A DNA stretch of 64,000 bases, taken from the NCBI RefSeq assembly GCF_009914755.1, contig NC_060926.1. One strand, written 5' to 3'. Source of the DNA: the human T2T-CHM13v2.0 reference genome, Homo sapiens. Made by a program: the position numbers and the translations under genes. Under the pieces are notes generated by a model. It had not been told where the DNA came from. It saw only the letters and a list, made by a program, of their open reading frames with translations, and did not search any database. Positions 62,685 to 64,000 of this stretch are shown piece by piece (within the stretch, counting starts at the first letter, position 1; the number at the start of each line of letters is the position of its first letter).

Positions 62685-63520
62685 ATCTGTCTAGAGGTCA
62701 TTTAGTCAAGGTCTCAGCAGGAATCAGGAGGCACACTCAAAAGGTTTTACCCAAATAGAATTGAATGAAGGGACAATTTACAGAAGTGTGGACAGGGTTT
62801 AAGATACTAACAAGGGGCAGGGACTGGTGGCTCATGCCTGTAATCCCAGCTCTTTGGGAGCCCGAGGAGGGGGCGGATCACTTGAGGTCAGGAGTTTGAG
62901 ATCAGCGTGGACAACACAGTGATACCCCCGTATCTATAAAAAATAAATAAATACATAAATAAATACATTAGCCGGGCATGGTGGTGTGTGCCTGCAGTCC
63001 CAGCTACTCATGAGGATGAGGCAGGAGGATCACTTGACCTCAGGAGGTTGAGGCTGCAGTGAACTATAATCATGCCACTGCACTCCAGCTTGGGTGACAA
63101 AGTGAGACCTTGTCTCTAAAACCAAACCAAACCAAACCAAACAAAATAATATAACAACAAAAAGAAACTAACAGGAATGGTGAGGTGCCCAGGGACTAGC
63201 AACACATGAAACCATCACCACCTCTAGGCCTGGAAGGGCAGGTGAAGGAAGCACTGTTTCTGCAGCTAGTGAGAGCTGGACCCGGGATAGAGGGCCCCCA
63301 ACAGCTCAGCTGTGGCTTATAACTGTGTCTAGAGAAACCAGCCAGCTGGCACCATGGCTCAGAAAAGAGGAAGCCAATGGACTAGATAGTCCAACCCCTC
63401 ATTCCCCCAACCTTCTGCTCTCCTACCATTGGCCAAACCCCAACCAGAAGCCAGACTGCAAAGAAACCTGGGTGACACAACCCTCAGAGGCCAGCCCCCT
63501 TTTCTGAGACAGCACAGATG
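62685..63520 (-). mobile_element. Old MaLR LTR (MLT1-type) split by an Alu
   Basis: ttagtcaaggtctcagcagg...ccattggccaaacccaaccagaagccaga. Confidence 0.6.
62814..63165 (+). mobile_element. AluJ with (CCAAA)n tail
   Basis: TSD aaga(t/a)actaaca. Confidence 0.9.
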
Positions 63521-64000
63521 AGGGGGGACATAAGGGCACATGATGGATTTGGGGGTGGGGTACAAATGGAGAAGAATCAGCAGATGGAATGAGCTCCTGG
63601 TGGTCCATGGCTCAGGATGGGGAGATGTAGGGGAATGAGGCCCGAGCAATATTAATTGCTTTTGCTCTTAGAGATGAGCTTTTATGACAGATACAAGCTG
63701 ACTTTGAGCCATCAACAATGAGCAAGTTTCCCCCAAAAACTTCCTAGAAGCTAGACAATGGTGTCTGGTTCTCAGCTGAGAATCGGGCCTAAGCTTCAAT
63801 ATGCCAAGTACCCTGATTTCTCTTTTCCTTCCTATTTCTGAAACCAGGCTCTTAAGTAATTGAGAAAGTCACTCAAGATGGGAAAGTTTATTTTGGACTC
63901 AGATGATAATCTTTTCTCAGCATTTGTGTTTCCTTTCTGAAGCCTTTTGGGGTCACTGGCCTGGATCTCATGGAATCCTCCCTAGAGGGGCTGTTGACTG

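Overview
Primate (human-like) Alu-dense genomic DNA, recognised from the sequence as the KRCC1-SMYD1 locus (human 2p11.2). Minus strand: a CpG-island promoter at about 26.6-27.35 kb and three non-coding 5' exons assigned to KRCC1 by synteny; its coding exon is not in the window. Plus strand: the muscle promoter and coding exons 1-4 of SMYD1 (SET/MYND methyltransferase), with the MIR4780 hairpin antisense in intron 1. Much of the remainder is repeats: about 46 Alus, old L1/L2/MIR fragments, MaLR/ERV solo LTRs, and Tigger, Ricksha, MER20 and MER58 DNA transposons. Most notable structures: (1) an L1PA2-type 3' transduction with twin-priming inversion and a 16-bp TSD in SMYD1 intron 2; (2) a 136-bp near-perfect palindrome at 1479-1614; (3) inverted Alus tightly flanking the frame-symmetric MYND exon 2; (4) a THE1 LTR in KRCC1 sense orientation with an intact splice donor; (5) a dense PBX-MEIS/E-box/MEF2 module upstream of SMYD1. 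Repeat subfamily calls are from recalled consensus features and their boundaries are approximate. I found no evidence for a new protein-coding system.
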